Of a DNA stretch of 64,000 bases, positions 11,993 to 27,620 are shown piece after piece. A program made the position numbers and the translations under genes. Source of the DNA: Octopus vulgaris (taxonomy: Eukaryota); NCBI GenBank assembly GCA_951406725.2, contig OX597834.1, positions 27,776,001 through 27,840,000 on the forward strand. The letters run 5' to 3'. Positions within the stretch are counted from its first letter, which is position 1, and each line of letters starts with the position of its first letter. The notes below the pieces were generated by a model that worked only from the letters and a program-made list of their open reading frames with translations, was not told the DNA's origin and ran no database searches.

Positions 11993-12944
11993 CTAAAAAA
12001 ATGTTTCACATATTTGTAAAACACTAGTGTGTCCCATTTAAGTAGTCGGGTATTTGTGTGCGTAAAACGAAAGAGTAGATGACAAGGAAATTACAAACGT
12101 ACACGGTCGCCTGTTCGTCCATGAAATAAAGAAAAAACCCCAGCGCAGCTTACAAACATTGATTTGTGTCTTGTACGCATCTCTAAGAAGACAGAAATCG
12201 AATGAAGCAGGTAGATACATAGGCTTTAATAATAAGTAGCGGGTGGGGGTCTTTTGTCAAATATTCGTGAGATTCTAGGAAAACAGCAATCAAAAGACGT
12301 ATCATGTTTGCTGTTGCAATTTCTTTGGGGTTTTTTTTGTTTGTTTGTTTGATTTTACCGTTATTTTTACTAAAGCAAATCAATGATTTGGAGTTGGAAT
12401 GGAACAGAAAAAAAATGTCAACAAAAGCAACAGGAATTATTCGTCAAATAACAAAACTTTAGAGAACTGTCTAACAGAATCAAAGACGTTCTGATTACAT
12501 AAGAAGATTCTTCCAGGAAATGGTATATCAGTGAGTTTTGGTAGCACACACACGCACGTACGCACACATAGACACACACACTCTCTCACTCGCTCGCATT
12601 TTCTCTCTCTCTCTCTCTCTGGTGTGTGTGAGTGCGTGTGTGTACGTGTGTGTGTGTATCATATAATATATATATTAACAGTTGTAGAAAAGGATTAAAA
12701 TAGAGAATAACATTAGCCTTTGGGATGGAAGTCTGTTAATGGCTTTCGCAATTCACAGCTTTTCAAACACTCTTGTTATCTATCTTTCTATCCATCCATC
12801 CATCCATCGACTGCTTTGATCACGTGACCTCAACAGTACCAGCCATAAGCACGCATGCGCAGAAGACAATGTGACAATAATAAGGATATGTTATGGCAAA
12901 AGTGCGGATAATTTTTGAATTGCTCTCGTACATACAATATATAC

Positions 12945-13022
<78 letters not shown>

Positions 13023-13024
13023 GA

Positions 13025-13212
13025 TAAAAAGTTCCCCCCGAGTCATGGACTCAGCAGGCTAGTTTCCTGTCTTTTGTGACTATATATTTCCCCACCCCCA
13101 CCCATAGATGTGATGCCGGTTCTTTGCAGGAATATTCATTCCTGGATTTGAACTCCAGAAATAAAAAGCAAAATCTTGTGATCATCACCCTAACTGCTAG
13201 GCAACGCGCATC
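13025..13212 (-). mobile_element. Degenerate SINE with tail T2
   Basis: Similar to 20088-20312 and the tail of 8124-8428. Confidence 0.5.
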
Positions 13213-13278
<66 letters not shown>

Positions 13279-13782
13279 TAATTCAAAACGCGGAGAAAAA
13301 GACAAGAAAAAAAGAACAATGTGAGGACGTATCACAGATGTCGATTGGTACGACAAAAAAGAAACAATTCCAAACATACATCATACAGACAAATGTGTAG
13401 CTATGTGTATGGATACGTGGTTGTGTGTATATGTGTGTTTGCCTCAGAAGTGTGTGTCTAATGTCCAGCATCCTTTGTTAAGCAAAGAAAGTATTTTCGC
13501 TTCTGGCCATGAAGAAAATACTATTGGCCAATTTAGTGGCGGAAATTCAAATATCTATATTTACATTATTGTATTATAGCAGCAGTCAGTCACTTCTAAT
13601 TGTCTCCCTTTATACCACGTTCTTCATATCCTTCTACCCTCTCCACCTTACACTGATGTACATTTTATAAAAATATACAGACATATAAACATACATACAT
13701 ACATGCTTACATACATACGTATATACATACGTACGTATGTAAACAGATGCACACATAAATATATATATCCATAAATACAGTT

Positions 13783-13816
<34 letters not shown>

Positions 13817-14590
13817 ATATATATATATATATCCATATATATATATGTATATATATGTATATATATATTTATTTATTTATGTATATATGTATGTATTATA
13901 TAATATATATATATATCATATTCATAAATGTGTGTGTCAATTAGATAGATAGATAATATATATATAATATAGAGAGAGTAAGAGAGATAATGCGTGTGTG
14001 TGTGTGTGGTTGTGTGTATGTGTGTATAATGGCACAAAAGACTAGCCATGGACAGTTACAGAGGTCAGTTGCCCCGCAGATATAACCATTTCTTTGAAAA
14101 ATGTTGCGAAAGGGAATATTTACGGACAACCGTTCCGAAACTTGCAAATTCTTCGTCCATATTACCCAATAAATGCGTTTTTATATCCTTAAATACATAC
14201 ATGCATATATACGTTAGCCTAAAAATTATTTACAGTTCCAGAGGTCAGTTGCCCTGCGGATGTGTGTATTTCTTTGAGAAACGATGATGAGGAGAATATT
14301 TATAGACAAGCACTCTGGAAATTCTTCACCTCTATTATCAAGTCACAGTTTTACCTGTGATTATTGATGCAAATGGTTATTTTAGCAAATAACTAAGTGA
14401 AAATATCTAAAATATTAGGGATGAGAGGAAGGTGAGTGTCCGGCAAACATACATTTTGCAAATAAAATCTGTAAGAGGCAGGGTAAAACTACGCAAGATT
14501 TTTTTAAATGTTCACCACGCAACTTTCTTGTATCAGAACTTGGTCATCTTCAAAAGAAATTTACTCCAGCTTTACGAGAATACAAACATA

Positions 14591-14820
14591 TATTTCTTTA
14601 CTACCCACAAGGGGCTAAACACAGAGAAGATAAACAAGGACAGACAAACGGATTGAGTCGATTATATATCTACCCCAGTGCGTAACTGGTACTTATTTAA
14701 TCGACCCCGAAAGGACGAAAGGCAAAGTAGACCTCGGCGGAATTTGAACTCACAACGTAACGACAGACGAAATACCGCTAAGCATTTCGCCCGGCGTGCT
14801 AACGTTTCTGCCAGCTCGCC
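14591..14820 (-). mobile_element. SINE family B, full copy
   Basis: Reverse complement of 9941-10170; flanking direct repeat gagaatacaaa. Confidence 0.9.
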
Positions 14821-15034
14821 GAGAATACAAATAAAATTAGAGAAAGAAAAATACATGCATACTGGGATATTTACATGTACATAAAAGATGCTTTGCGTAA
14901 CTGGCCTATCGATTGTGTGTATACATTGAGAATGATACATATATAGCTATTTTAATGAACTACTATCTCAGTTGCTATATTGGATTTACAAACATACATA
15001 AAAATACATGCAAATACACACACACACAAACATA

Positions 15035-15557
<523 letters not shown>

Positions 15558-15896
15558 ATGGCGCATGGCTCCAGTGGTTAGAGCGTCGAGCTTACGATCG
15601 TGAGTTTGCGAGCTCGAATCCCGGACCGGGCTGTGTGTTGTGTTCTTGAGCAAGACACTTTATTTCACGTTGCTCCAGTTCACTCAGCTGTAGAAATGAG
15701 TTGCGACGTCACACGTGCCAAACTGTATCAGCCCCTTTGCCTTTCCCTTGGATAACACTGGTGGCGTGGAGAGGGGGGGCCGGTATGCATGGGCGACTGC
15801 TGGTCTTCCGTAAACTACCTTGCCCGGACTTGTGCCTGGGAGGGTAACTTTCTAGGTGCAATCCCATGGTCAGTGTCGTGACCGAAGGGGGTCTCA
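15558..15896 (+). mobile_element. tRNA-derived SINE, C-type head/core + tail T3
   Basis: A/B boxes, then ttgagcaagacactttatttcacgttgctccag shared with 42165, then a different tail. Confidence 0.85.
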
Positions 15897-16438
15897 GATA
15901 TATATAGTGATTTAGACCATATAACCATTCAGCTGCGTCTATTCCAACGTATACCTTATATTTTATAAGTTTTATTATATGTTGATGCATGGTCATATAA
16001 CACGCAATATTGTTTTCATTTTGCTGCAGTTGTCGGCTTTTGCTGTTTTATTGTTATTTAACCCTAGGTCATTCCTAATAACGAACAGTCCTATGATCAA
16101 AGACATTCCAGCCATAATCATCTCGTCTTTTCCCAGAGACAGTACACAGTTCAGCCCCCAACAAACAAACAAAATAGCAAGACACAAGATGAAATATGTT
16201 CTTCGTGTTTTAAGACGCCACAGCATAATTCAAGAAAAATTGAGCTGTTCTTTCTAGCAGATCGAACTGCCACGCAGATTCCCCCATTCCCTCCATGGGT
16301 CGTGTTGTTTTTCTTGTTCTGCTAGACTTTATCATTGTACTTTTTCACAGCTTTATCTACAGAATATCCTTATGCCGCAGCAACTGTTGCTGCTACTGCT
16401 GCTGCTGCTGTTGCTGCTGCTGTTGTTATTATTGCTGC

Positions 16439-16470
<32 letters not shown>

Positions 16471-16744
16471 CTGCTGATTTCCATATATTTATTTATCTAT
16501 TTTGCTCTCTTTTCTCTTCCATTCCTCCTGTAGTTTCTTTCAATATTTTGGCTTGTAATCTGCAATTATTTATTTATATATTTTCTGCGATAAGGATGTA
16601 ACTTTGTTTGCATTTGTTTTGGTTATGCATATGTCTGTGTCTGTGTGTATGTGCGCATTTTTCTACGAATCTAAGCGTGCGTGTGTGAGTGTGTTACTAT
16701 GTGCGTGGATGTGTGTATAATGTAGTGTTTGCAATTGTTTATTT

Positions 16745-16912
16745 GGTGGTGTCTGTGACGATTCACGCCCTGTGCTTGCTTGCTTCCATCAGAAGCACAA
16801 TGGTCACAGGGAGTTAGCTTTGACAGAAAGGCGCCAGACAGTGATTCCTATTTACCATCACTGCAAGACAAAATGCTGTTCAGTTCTGGACCGTTGCAAA
16901 CAGACGCTTCGG
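16745..16912 (+). other. Unique island folding into a multibranch structure; candidate structured RNA
   Basis: Closing helix 16748-16760/16892-16908; inner stems ccctgtg/cacaggg, tgcttc/gaagca, cagtgat/atcactg. Confidence 0.45.
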
Positions 16913-16957
16913 CTTCTTTCAGCTTCTTGTTCTTCGTTCCCTTCTACTTCATTGCCG

Positions 16958-17264
16958 TCTTCTTCTTCTTCTTCTTCTTCTTCTTCTTCTTCTTCTTCTT
17001 CTTCTTCTTCTTCTTCTTCTTCTTCTTCTTCTTCTTCTTCTTCTTCTTCTTCTTCTTCTTCTTCTTCTTCTTCTTCTTTCTTCTTCTTCTTCTTCTTCTT
17101 CCTGTCTTTCATATTCTCATCGTCGTTCTTCGCCTCCACCTCCTCCTCCTCCTCCCCTTCTTCTTCTTTCTTGTCTTCTTCTCCGTCTATTTCATATTCT
17201 CGTCGTCGTCCTCCTCTTCCTCCTCCTTCTTGTTCTTCTTGTTCTTCTTTTTCTTCGTCTTCTT

Positions 17265-17330
<66 letters not shown>
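16958..17330. repeat. (TTC)n/(TCC)n/(TTA)n microsatellites
   Basis: Direct reading. Confidence 0.97.
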
Positions 17331-17331
<1 letters not shown>

Positions 17332-17784
17332 TCCGTCGTCATCGTCGTTATCGTCGTCATCGTAGATGCCATCGTCTCCGTCATCTTTTTCTTCCTCTTT
17401 TCCTTTCCTCCCATTCTCTCTCCCCCCTCTCACTCTCTCTCTGTTTCTCTCTCTCTGTTTCTCTCTCTCTTTCGCTCTCTTTCGTATTTTCCTTCTCCAC
17501 ACCCGTCTTTACACCCCACTGATATTTCTTGGATTAAAAGTAGTACCATGTTTGTGTTTACTGTTATATTTTGTTTTTACCCCTTTCATTTAGCAGGTAC
17601 CCCTGAAGTCTTGTACACCCGTGTCGTGTCGTAAAAGGGAACCCCTACCCGGAAACTTGCCGCTCGGGTAGACAACCAAATTCTCAAAATAATATAAAAC
17701 ATAGGACTGGATACTGATCTCTTCTTCTCATTCACGCAGCATCGAACTTGGCGGCGTGTAAATATTTACTTACGTATGTGTTTA

Positions 17785-18407
17785 TACGGCGGTGATGGTG
17801 ACGGTGATGGTGATGTGGGTGGTGAGGAGAGGGTAATGGTGGTAGCGGCGGTCTTCTTCAGAGTGGCAGGTAGTCGTAGTGGTGGTGAAGCTTCAGATAG
17901 TTATGGTGGTGGTAGTGGTGGTGGCGGTGATGGTGACAGAGGTGGTGATGGTGGTGGAGGTAGTACTGGCAGTGATGGTGGTAGTGGTGGTGACGGTGTG
18001 AGCTCTGGTGGTGGTGATAATAGTGGTATGGTGGTAGTAGTGGTAATGATAATTTTCATCATTGTGGTGATGGTAGCAGCGGTAGAGGTGGCAACAGAGG
18101 TGGCAACGGAGGTGGCAACGGAGGTGGCAACGGAGGTGGCAACGGAGGTGACAACGGAGGTGGCAACGCTGGTAATGGTTGTAATTGAGGTTATGGTGGT
18201 GGCGTTGGTCGTGATGGTGGTGGTGGTGATTTTTGGTAGTTTTAATGGTAGTTAGTAGTGGTGGTCATTGTGGTTTTAAAAATGTTATATTGTTAGCGGT
18301 GGTGGTGGTGGTGGTGGTGACGGTAGTGGTGAGGGTGGTTACAGTGGTGTTCAAGATGGCAGCGATAGCAGAGACAGTGGTTGAGGTGTTGGTGTTAGTG
18401 ACTTTGA

Positions 18408-18439
<32 letters not shown>

Positions 18440-18440
18440 A

Positions 18441-18481
<41 letters not shown>

Positions 18482-18553
18482 ATGGTAGTGGTGGCGACGG
18501 TGGTGGAGGTGGTAGTAGTAGTACTATTATTATTAGTAGTAATACTACTATTG

Positions 18554-18612
<59 letters not shown>

Positions 18613-18900
18613 CATGATGTTGGTAGTGGTAGTGGTGGTATTATTATTATTATTATTATAAGTAGTAGTAGTAACAGTAGTAGTAGTAGTAGTAGTAGTA
18701 GTATTTGTACTGGTAGTCATGGTGGTAGTAGTCGTGGTGGTGGTAGTTGTGGTGGTGATGGTGGTGGTGGCGACGATGGAGCTATTCGAGGTAGGGATAA
18801 TGCTAGTGGAGTTAAGGATGTTGGCGGTAGTCGTGACGACGTTGATGGTGGTGCTGCTGCTGCTGCCGCTACTGCTGCTGGTGGCGGCGGTGGCGGCGGC
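17785..18900. repeat. (GGT)/(GTA)-rich low-complexity tract including a 12-bp repeat gaggtggcaacg x7 (18085-18168)
   Basis: Direct reading. Confidence 0.9.
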
Positions 18901-18983
18901 TTATACAAAGTCGGACGTGAACGATGTAAAGCAAGTGTTGGAAATGTGTGCGTGTGTGTGAGAGAGAGAGTGTGTGTGTGTGC

Positions 18984-19054
<71 letters not shown>

Positions 19055-19186
19055 TTGTACATATGTATATTTGTGCATATTTGTTGTATGCGTGTGGTGG
19101 TGTTTACTCGCGAAGTATCTGGTGGAGGTAATACCCAACAGAGAGAAGTGTAGGTTGATCACAAATGAGGTTGTAGTGTCAATCAA

Positions 19187-19202
19187 ACGGTAGGGGGCGC
19201 TG
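19187..19202 (+). promoter_or_regulatory. CTCF-like motif
   Basis: acggTAGGGGGCGCtg versus consensus CCASYAGRKGGCRS. Confidence 0.35.
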
Positions 19203-19454
19203 CAAGTGCCCTAAATAGTGATCTGGCATCAAATTAGTGACTAACGATGTATATACCACCAAAACACAAGTTTTTTTTCTTTTTCTCTTATTTGTTTTTC
19301 TACGCCATTTTTCTTTTTGTCTTCACTTAGAAAAATCCTCCATTGAAGAATTTTATGTTATTAAATGCTGTTTGCAAGATCGATACTATTTGGTTTCTTC
19401 TGGCTGACCTAAACGAAAACGAAAGACCGAAGTTTTGTCAGTCTCTCTTTCTCT

Positions 19455-19955
19455 CTTTCGGTTCTCTCTCACTCTCACTTCCTCTCTCACATTCTCACTC
19501 CTCCATTCTTACTCACTCTCTTTCTATCTTTCTATTCGCTCTCGCTCTCACTTTTTCTTCCTCTCTCTCATAACCTCACTCTCCGTTTCTCTCACACTCT
19601 CTTTCTCTCTTTCTATCCTTCGATTCTCTCTCACTCTCAGATTCTCACTCCTCCCTTCTTACTCACTGTCTTTCTATCTTTCTATTCGCTCTCGCTCTCA
19701 CTTTCTCTTCCTCTCTCTCTCATAACCCCACTCTTCATTTCTCTCCCACTCTCTTTCGCTCTTTCTACTTTTCTATTCTCTCTCTCTCACTTCCTCTCTC
19801 ACATTCTCGCTCCTCCCTTCTTACTCACTCTCTTTCTATCTTTCTATTTGCTCTCGCTCTCACTTTCTCTTCCTCTCTCTCTCATAACCTCACTCTTCAT
19901 TTCTCTCCCACTCTCTTTCTATCTTTCTACTTTTCTATTCTCTCTCACTCTCATT
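19455..19955. repeat. CT-rich minisatellite, three diverged units of ~150-160 bp
   Basis: ttcttactcact...tctatctttctatt.gctctcgctctcacttt...cataacc repeated three times. Confidence 0.85.
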
Positions 19956-20087
19956 CTCACTCACATTTTCTCTTTCTCTCTCAAAATCTTAACCTTCATT
20001 TCTCTTCCCTTCTCCATCTCTCTTTCACTTCATAAAAAGAACCCTCTCCTTCGTCAATTAAAAAAAAAAAGACCGAAGATCGTTTCT

Positions 20088-20312
20088 GGGCCATAAGCTC
20101 ATAATACCTGTTTCCCGGTTTCCGTGGCTTATATATTCCCCACCATACTGGACGCGACGCTAGCCCATCGTAGGATAACTCCTTTTTGCCGGCTGATTGG
20201 ACTGGAAAAACATGAAATGAAGTTCTTTGCTCAAGAATATAACGCCTCCCCTAGTCCAGGAAACGAAACCACTATCTTACGATAATAAATTCAATACCTT
20301 AACTGCTAAACC
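20088..20312 (-). mobile_element. Diverged SINE, C-type head + tail T2
   Basis: gtttcccggtttccgtggc...ctggacgcgacgctagcccatcg (T2) joined to ttgctcaagaatataacgc (C core). Confidence 0.7.
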
Positions 20313-20560
20313 TTAAAGAAATAGCGGCCCCAAATTCCCCTATCACATATCACATATCATTATGACATCTTGACATTGTGACCATATAGCATTCAAACAG
20401 GCCATATCTGGCCAAAACGTTTGACCTGTTTTATGTTGAAACTGGCCAGATCCAGCCTCTCACACCAACCCTACAATGGCATTCTAAAACTAAACAATCA
20501 CAACATCAGAATCTCAATGCTATTAGATAATGCATGAATAATTCAAGACATTATAAATTA

Positions 20561-20700
20561 AAGTAGCTTGCTTACCAACCACATGGTTCCGGGTTCAGTC
20601 CCGCTGCGTGGCAACTTGGGTGTCTTCTTCTATAGCCTCGGGCCGACCAAGGCCTTGTGAGTGGATTTGGTAAACGGAAACTGAAAGAAGCCCGTCGTAT
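20561..20700 (+). mobile_element. SINE family A, 5' half
   Basis: Near-identical to the head of the full copies. Confidence 0.9.
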
Positions 20701-20723
20701 ACACACATACACATACACACATA

Positions 20724-20783
<60 letters not shown>

Positions 20784-21343
20784 GATATAGATATAGACAG
20801 ATAGATAGATAGATAGATAGAAAGATATGTAGATATATAGATATACATATATATATTTGTGTGTGTATACATGCATGTATATGTGTATGTGTGTAAATAT
20901 ATATATGTTGCGTGTGTGTGTATGTGTATTAAGGGTTGAGTGCTAAATCAATAAGAAAGAGTTTTGACTGAATTTCAGTAAATCAGAAAGACAGATCGAT
21001 GTAGCATCTATAGCAAGGCAAACTTGTATTTATAGAGTTCTGTGTGTCGCCTGTGGAAGAACATATTTAACAAAATAATTAGATTGAAAGTTGTTCTTAT
21101 TAACATTATTTGCATTTTTCTACATATTCAATACACATCTTCATATACAATTAGGCACGTGATTGTTCTTATATATATAAAATTGTTTATATATATACAG
21201 ATATACAGATATCTTTTATACATGGACCTAATTCCAGTGACAATTTGTAAAAACGTAATTTCGTAAATAAACAGACCTTTCAATGCAATTATCGCGACAA
21301 ATATGTTCTACACATACATGTACACGTCACTCACATGCAGGTG

Positions 21344-21413
<70 letters not shown>

Positions 21414-21443
21414 AACATGTATATGTATATATATATACATACA

Positions 21444-21549
<106 letters not shown>

Positions 21550-21557
21550 AACATATG

Positions 21558-21595
<38 letters not shown>

Positions 21596-21600
21596 CATGC

Positions 21601-21632
<32 letters not shown>

Positions 21633-21807
21633 ACATATATGTATATGTATATATATATCCATATATATCTATCTATCTATATATATATATATAAATATAT
21701 ATATATATACAAACATATGTGTGTGTGCATGTATAGGTATGTATGTATATATGTATATGTATTATATATATATATATATATGTATGTATATATATGTTAT
21801 ATATCTA

Positions 21808-21858
<51 letters not shown>

Positions 21859-21897
21859 ATCCATCCATCTATCTATATATATATATGTATGTGTATA

Positions 21898-21928
<31 letters not shown>

Positions 21929-22333
21929 ATATACAAACATATATTCTTGTATGTATATATGTATGTATGTATGTAGGCAGGTAGGTAAACTGACAATATC
22001 GTTAGTGGATCGCAGAAAATGCCTTGTGGCAATATGTTCGGGTTTTCTTCAAGCACCGAGTTCAAACCTGCCAAGGGCAACTTTGTCATTTGTCGTCGCA
22101 CAGTCCATAAAATAAGCACCATTCTAGGATGTGGATTTAAATAATTCTATCAGCCACGGACAAAATGCCTTGCAGTATTTATTCCGGCATTTTACATTGT
22201 GAGTGTTCATATTGCCGTGATCAATTTTTCTGTCAATAGAATGGGGTCGATAATATAAATCGCTAGTCAACGTTATCAAGTGCAACCTACTCTCTCTCTC
22301 TCTCTCTCCCCACCTCCTTCTCCCTCTCCTCTT

Positions 22334-22371
<38 letters not shown>

Positions 22372-22380
22372 TCTCTCTCT

Positions 22381-22428
<48 letters not shown>

Positions 22429-22439
22429 TTATATATATT

Positions 22440-22760
22440 ACTCTCTTTTACTTGTTTCAGTCATTTGACTGCGGCCATGATGCAGCACCGCCTTTAGTCG
22501 AGCAGATCGACCCCGGGACTTATTCTTTGTAAGCCCAGTACTTATTCTATCGGTCTCTTTTTGCCGAACTGCTAAGTGACGGGGACGTAAACACACCAGC
22601 ATCGGTTGTCAAGCAATGCTAGGGGGACAAACAAGACACACAAACACATACACACACATACATATATATATATACATACATACGACAGGTTTCTTTCAGT
22701 TTCCGTCTACCAAATCCACTCACAAGGCATTGGTCGGCCCGGGGCAGAAGACACTTGCTC
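22440..22760 (-). mobile_element. SINE family A, 5'-truncated
   Basis: Reverse complement of most of 59432-59820. Confidence 0.9.
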
Positions 22761-22777
22761 ATTATATATATATATAT

Positions 22778-23486
22778 ATTGGGTTGTCTGAAAAGTTCGT
22801 GCCGATTCATAGTAGCTTACCTTTCGACTTATTTTAGAACATGGTTGAATCCATAAAATAGGATTTGACTACACCTCCAGTTAGAGCACAGTTTCAGCTA
22901 TCTTTTCGTGGAAGAAGGTTTATGTTCCTATAACCTGTGTTAATTCTGTAACCCTTTAAAATGGAAGACAAGAAAGTTCATTTTCGGCACTTGATGCTAT
23001 TCTTTTTCCTTAAAGGGAAAAATGCCTCACAAGCAACCAAAGAAATATGCGCAGCTTACAGTGATGTTTCTTTATTCGAAAGAACTGTACGGAAGTGGTT
23101 CGCAAGGTTCCGAGCTGGAGATTGTAGCCTTATTGATAAAGAGTGATCAAGCAGACCGTCCACTACAGATGATGACAAAATCAAGTCATTAATTGAGAAT
23201 AACCCACATTCCACAACTCGAGAATTGGCAGAAAGCCTCAACCTATCAAAATCCGTCGTTCATGAGCACCTGGTAAAGCTTGGGTACACAAATCGCTACG
23301 ATGTTTGGGTAGCACATGAGTTGAGTGAGACGAACCTTTTGGATTGCATTTCCATCTGAGATTCGCTTTATAAAACGCGCCTTTTTTAAAGCAAATTGCT
23401 ACAGGTGACGAGAAATGGATTATCTACCGAAATGTTCAGAGAAAGCGATCCTGGAGTAAGCGACGTGACCCACCCTTAGCCACACG
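22778..23486 (+). mobile_element. Mariner transposon: left TIR and 5' half of a transposase pseudogene
   Basis: TA-ttgggttgtctgaaaagttcgtgccgatt; from 22961 MEDKKVHFRHLMLFFF...WFARFRAGD, DVWVAHELS, FLKQIATGDEKWIIY; in-frame stops; truncated by SINE A at 23487-23630. Confidence 0.92.
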
Positions 23487-23806
23487 GGCCTCTTTCAGTT
23501 TTCGTTGACCAAATCCACTCTGAAGGCTCTGGCCGGCCCAAGGCTATAGTAGAATACACTTGCCTAAGGTGCCATGAATAAGGACTGAACCTGGAACCAT
23601 GTGATTGGTAAGCAAGCTACTTACCACACACATATATATATATATTATTATTATTATTATTATTATATGTAGAAAAAATACAAACTGGGACAAGAACGTA
23701 AAACATTTAGAAGACGATACAAAAGACACGGACGGGGCATTCAAAGCCTTCAATCTTCAGTCAAGAACCGGATCATCGTAGCAATTTCGGCTGATTAATA
23801 TATATA

Positions 23807-23907
23807 TAATTTGAACTCGATAGAATTTGAACTCAGAACATAGCGACGGCAGAAATACAGCTAAGCATTTCGTCAAGCGTGCTAACGATTCTGCCAGTTC
23901 GCTGCCT
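23807..23907 (-). mobile_element. SINE family B, head fragment
   Basis: aatttgaactcagaac...gctaacgattctgccagttcgc. Confidence 0.8.
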
Positions 23908-24273
23908 AATAATAATTGCATCTAATAAAGGAACCATTTCAAAGAAGCTGAGGGGTGGAGATTGACAATTGCATCAATCGCGTTATCAGACTGAGAACTT
24001 TTTATCGCCTCCGGAGGGTGAAAAAATGAAGGGGAACTCAGCGGGATTTGAATTCAGAAAGCAGAGAGCTTGAACGCGCACACACACAGACTTATGAATG
24101 TGTATTCATGTTTGCATGTTTGTGTACATGTATGTATGTGAGCATGTGTGTAACTCTCTACGAATGTATGGATAACAAAGCACAAATATATTTGCATGCG
24201 CATAACTATACATACATCGCAATTTAAATATTTATGCCATGCCAAATTTCCTAATCATTAATTTTTTTCTTCT

Positions 24274-24339
<66 letters not shown>

Positions 24340-24531
24340 TCTCTCTCTCCTTCTCATTCGCTCTCTTCCAGCTCCATGAAATTATATCGATTCAGCGTTC
24401 TCTTACTGTTTTCAGGTCTTTGTTCTAGAATTCAATGGGTTTAATTTTTTATACAAATGTAAATTCTTATATATACATAGATATATATACACACACACAC
24501 ACACACTCATGTATATATACATATACATATA

Positions 24532-24577
<46 letters not shown>

Positions 24578-24592
24578 CTACATATATACATA

Positions 24593-24627
<35 letters not shown>

Positions 24628-24822
24628 CTTTCCATATCTGACATTACTCTTTCTGTGTCACACTAACATTTTTAGAGACGCATGCAGATAGGTACATACA
24701 GACTCTTCTCAGAAGGCTATCTCTCTCACCCACCTCTCTCTCTCTCTCTCTCTCTTATACGATATATATATTTATATATATATATACATATGCACACACA
24801 TATGTGTATATATATATATACG

Positions 24823-24863
<41 letters not shown>

Positions 24864-24882
24864 GTGTATATATGCATGTATA

Positions 24883-24954
<72 letters not shown>

Positions 24955-24981
24955 TATAGAGATAAATAGATAGATAGATAA

Positions 24982-25042
<61 letters not shown>

Positions 25043-25234
25043 CAGACATGATGTCTAAAGCGTGTAAAATATGGATATGTGAATATACATAATATACATT
25101 GCCTGCAGTTACAAATGGCAAATAACTTACTCTACACATGCACAAGAGTATATCCACTCACTTTTCTTATCACCTGAAGGATAAACAAATATTACCTGAA
25201 AGATGAGTCACACAATAAAACCCAATCACACACT

Positions 25235-25294
<60 letters not shown>

Positions 25295-25620
25295 CACACA
25301 AACACACACATAAACACATTGATGCACGCAGAAGCACATGGTTTTATTCAAACATAAATATACATGTAAACATAAATAAATCATTCCATACATACATACA
25401 TAAATATACAGACAAACATATATATATGTTTCTGTGTGTGTGAGAGAGAGAGAGAGAGAATGTGAGAGTGAGAGGGAGAGAGAGAGAGAGAGATCCTGTA
25501 TATTTTCTACAGCATATAGAATTTTGTAGCTCGTATTAGAAGATGAAAGACGTGTAATGGTGAATATATAATGCCAACAATTTTCAGTCTTCTATTTTGA
25601 TATATACATACTATGATATG

Positions 25621-25733
<113 letters not shown>

Positions 25734-26638
25734 GGACGGATGGATAGATAGATGTATGGATGGATGGATACATACATGCATACATACATACATACATACA
25801 TACATACATACATACGTACATACATACACACATACATATAGACATGCACACGTAGTACGTACGTACATACATACATATACACATGCACAGACACACATGC
25901 ATATATATATTCATGATTATGCATGCGAACGTACATACCTATATATTCACTTAACTATACACACACACACGCACACACACACATACACACACACACACAC
26001 ACACACCATCAAATACACATATGCATATAAATCAGGATATATATAAAATCTGATTCGAGAATAGGTTTGGCCAATGCCACAAACGCATACATAGACACAA
26101 AGACATATGTATTCATATATATGTATGTGTGCGTGTATGTATGTGTATATGCGTGTATGTGTGTGTGTGGTGTGCTTGTAGACATGAACATACAATTCAT
26201 TATACAAATATATATAGCCATATGTTTGTGATTCGTGTCACCAAAATATTCTCATAGTCACCCACACACACACGTATACACACACACACACACACTTACA
26301 TACAAAAATGCGTACACATACAATCACAGTAACACACTCATAGATGATGTATGTAGATATATGTGTATAAATACATAAATATAATTATGCGTATGTGTCA
26401 ATGATTATCTGTATGTATATGTGTGTATATATATATATACATACATACATACATACATACATGCATATAAACGGGCATAAATATACAGACAGACTCACAC
26501 ATATACGTGTATACATAGACATATGGACACACACACATACACACACATATACACACCACACATAATAATATGTATATATTCACTGCTGTACACATATAGG
26601 TGTACATATATATGCATACGTGAGTATATTCATTAATG

Positions 26639-26726
<88 letters not shown>

Positions 26727-26861
26727 CATACATATAAACAAAAGTAATATCTAACAGTATGCAATTACATGGAGACAAATACGCAATACAAGCATACACA
26801 CAGAGACATTTACACACATACATCCACACTCACACACACACACTCTTATATACATATATGC

Positions 26862-26901
<40 letters not shown>

Positions 26902-26926
26902 TGCGTGTGTGTGTGTGTATTCTATG

Positions 26927-26966
<40 letters not shown>

Positions 26967-27015
26967 ATGCATATATACACAATACTCAAATAATGTATAT
27001 ATATATATATAAATA

Positions 27016-27095
<80 letters not shown>

Positions 27096-27573
27096 ATATA
27101 TAATCACTTTACGTTCCTTCACATGCATTATAGTCAAGCCTGGAGCGTTGTTCCAGTGCTGTTTAAAATGTCATTCGTATAAATCAGTTAGTTATATAGC
27201 GCTTTGCATATATAAGCATATAAGCATATGTAAATCTGTATGTACGCATACAACTGTTTAATTCTATACACATGTCTGTATGTGTATGTATATATATATA
27301 CATATGCATCTACATATATATATGTGTATCTATATGTGTATACATATATATATATATATATGCATATACATATATATGTATCTATATGTGTATACATATA
27401 TATATATATATGCTTACATATATATGTGTATGTATATTATGTCTATATGAATACACAGGTATATATGCATATACATATATGCATAGGAATGTTATGTTTC
27501 CATATATACCTGTGCATGCATTCTTTTATGTATATATTTATATTCGTATCCATATGATCTCTGCATGCATGTT

Positions 27574-27620
<47 letters not shown>

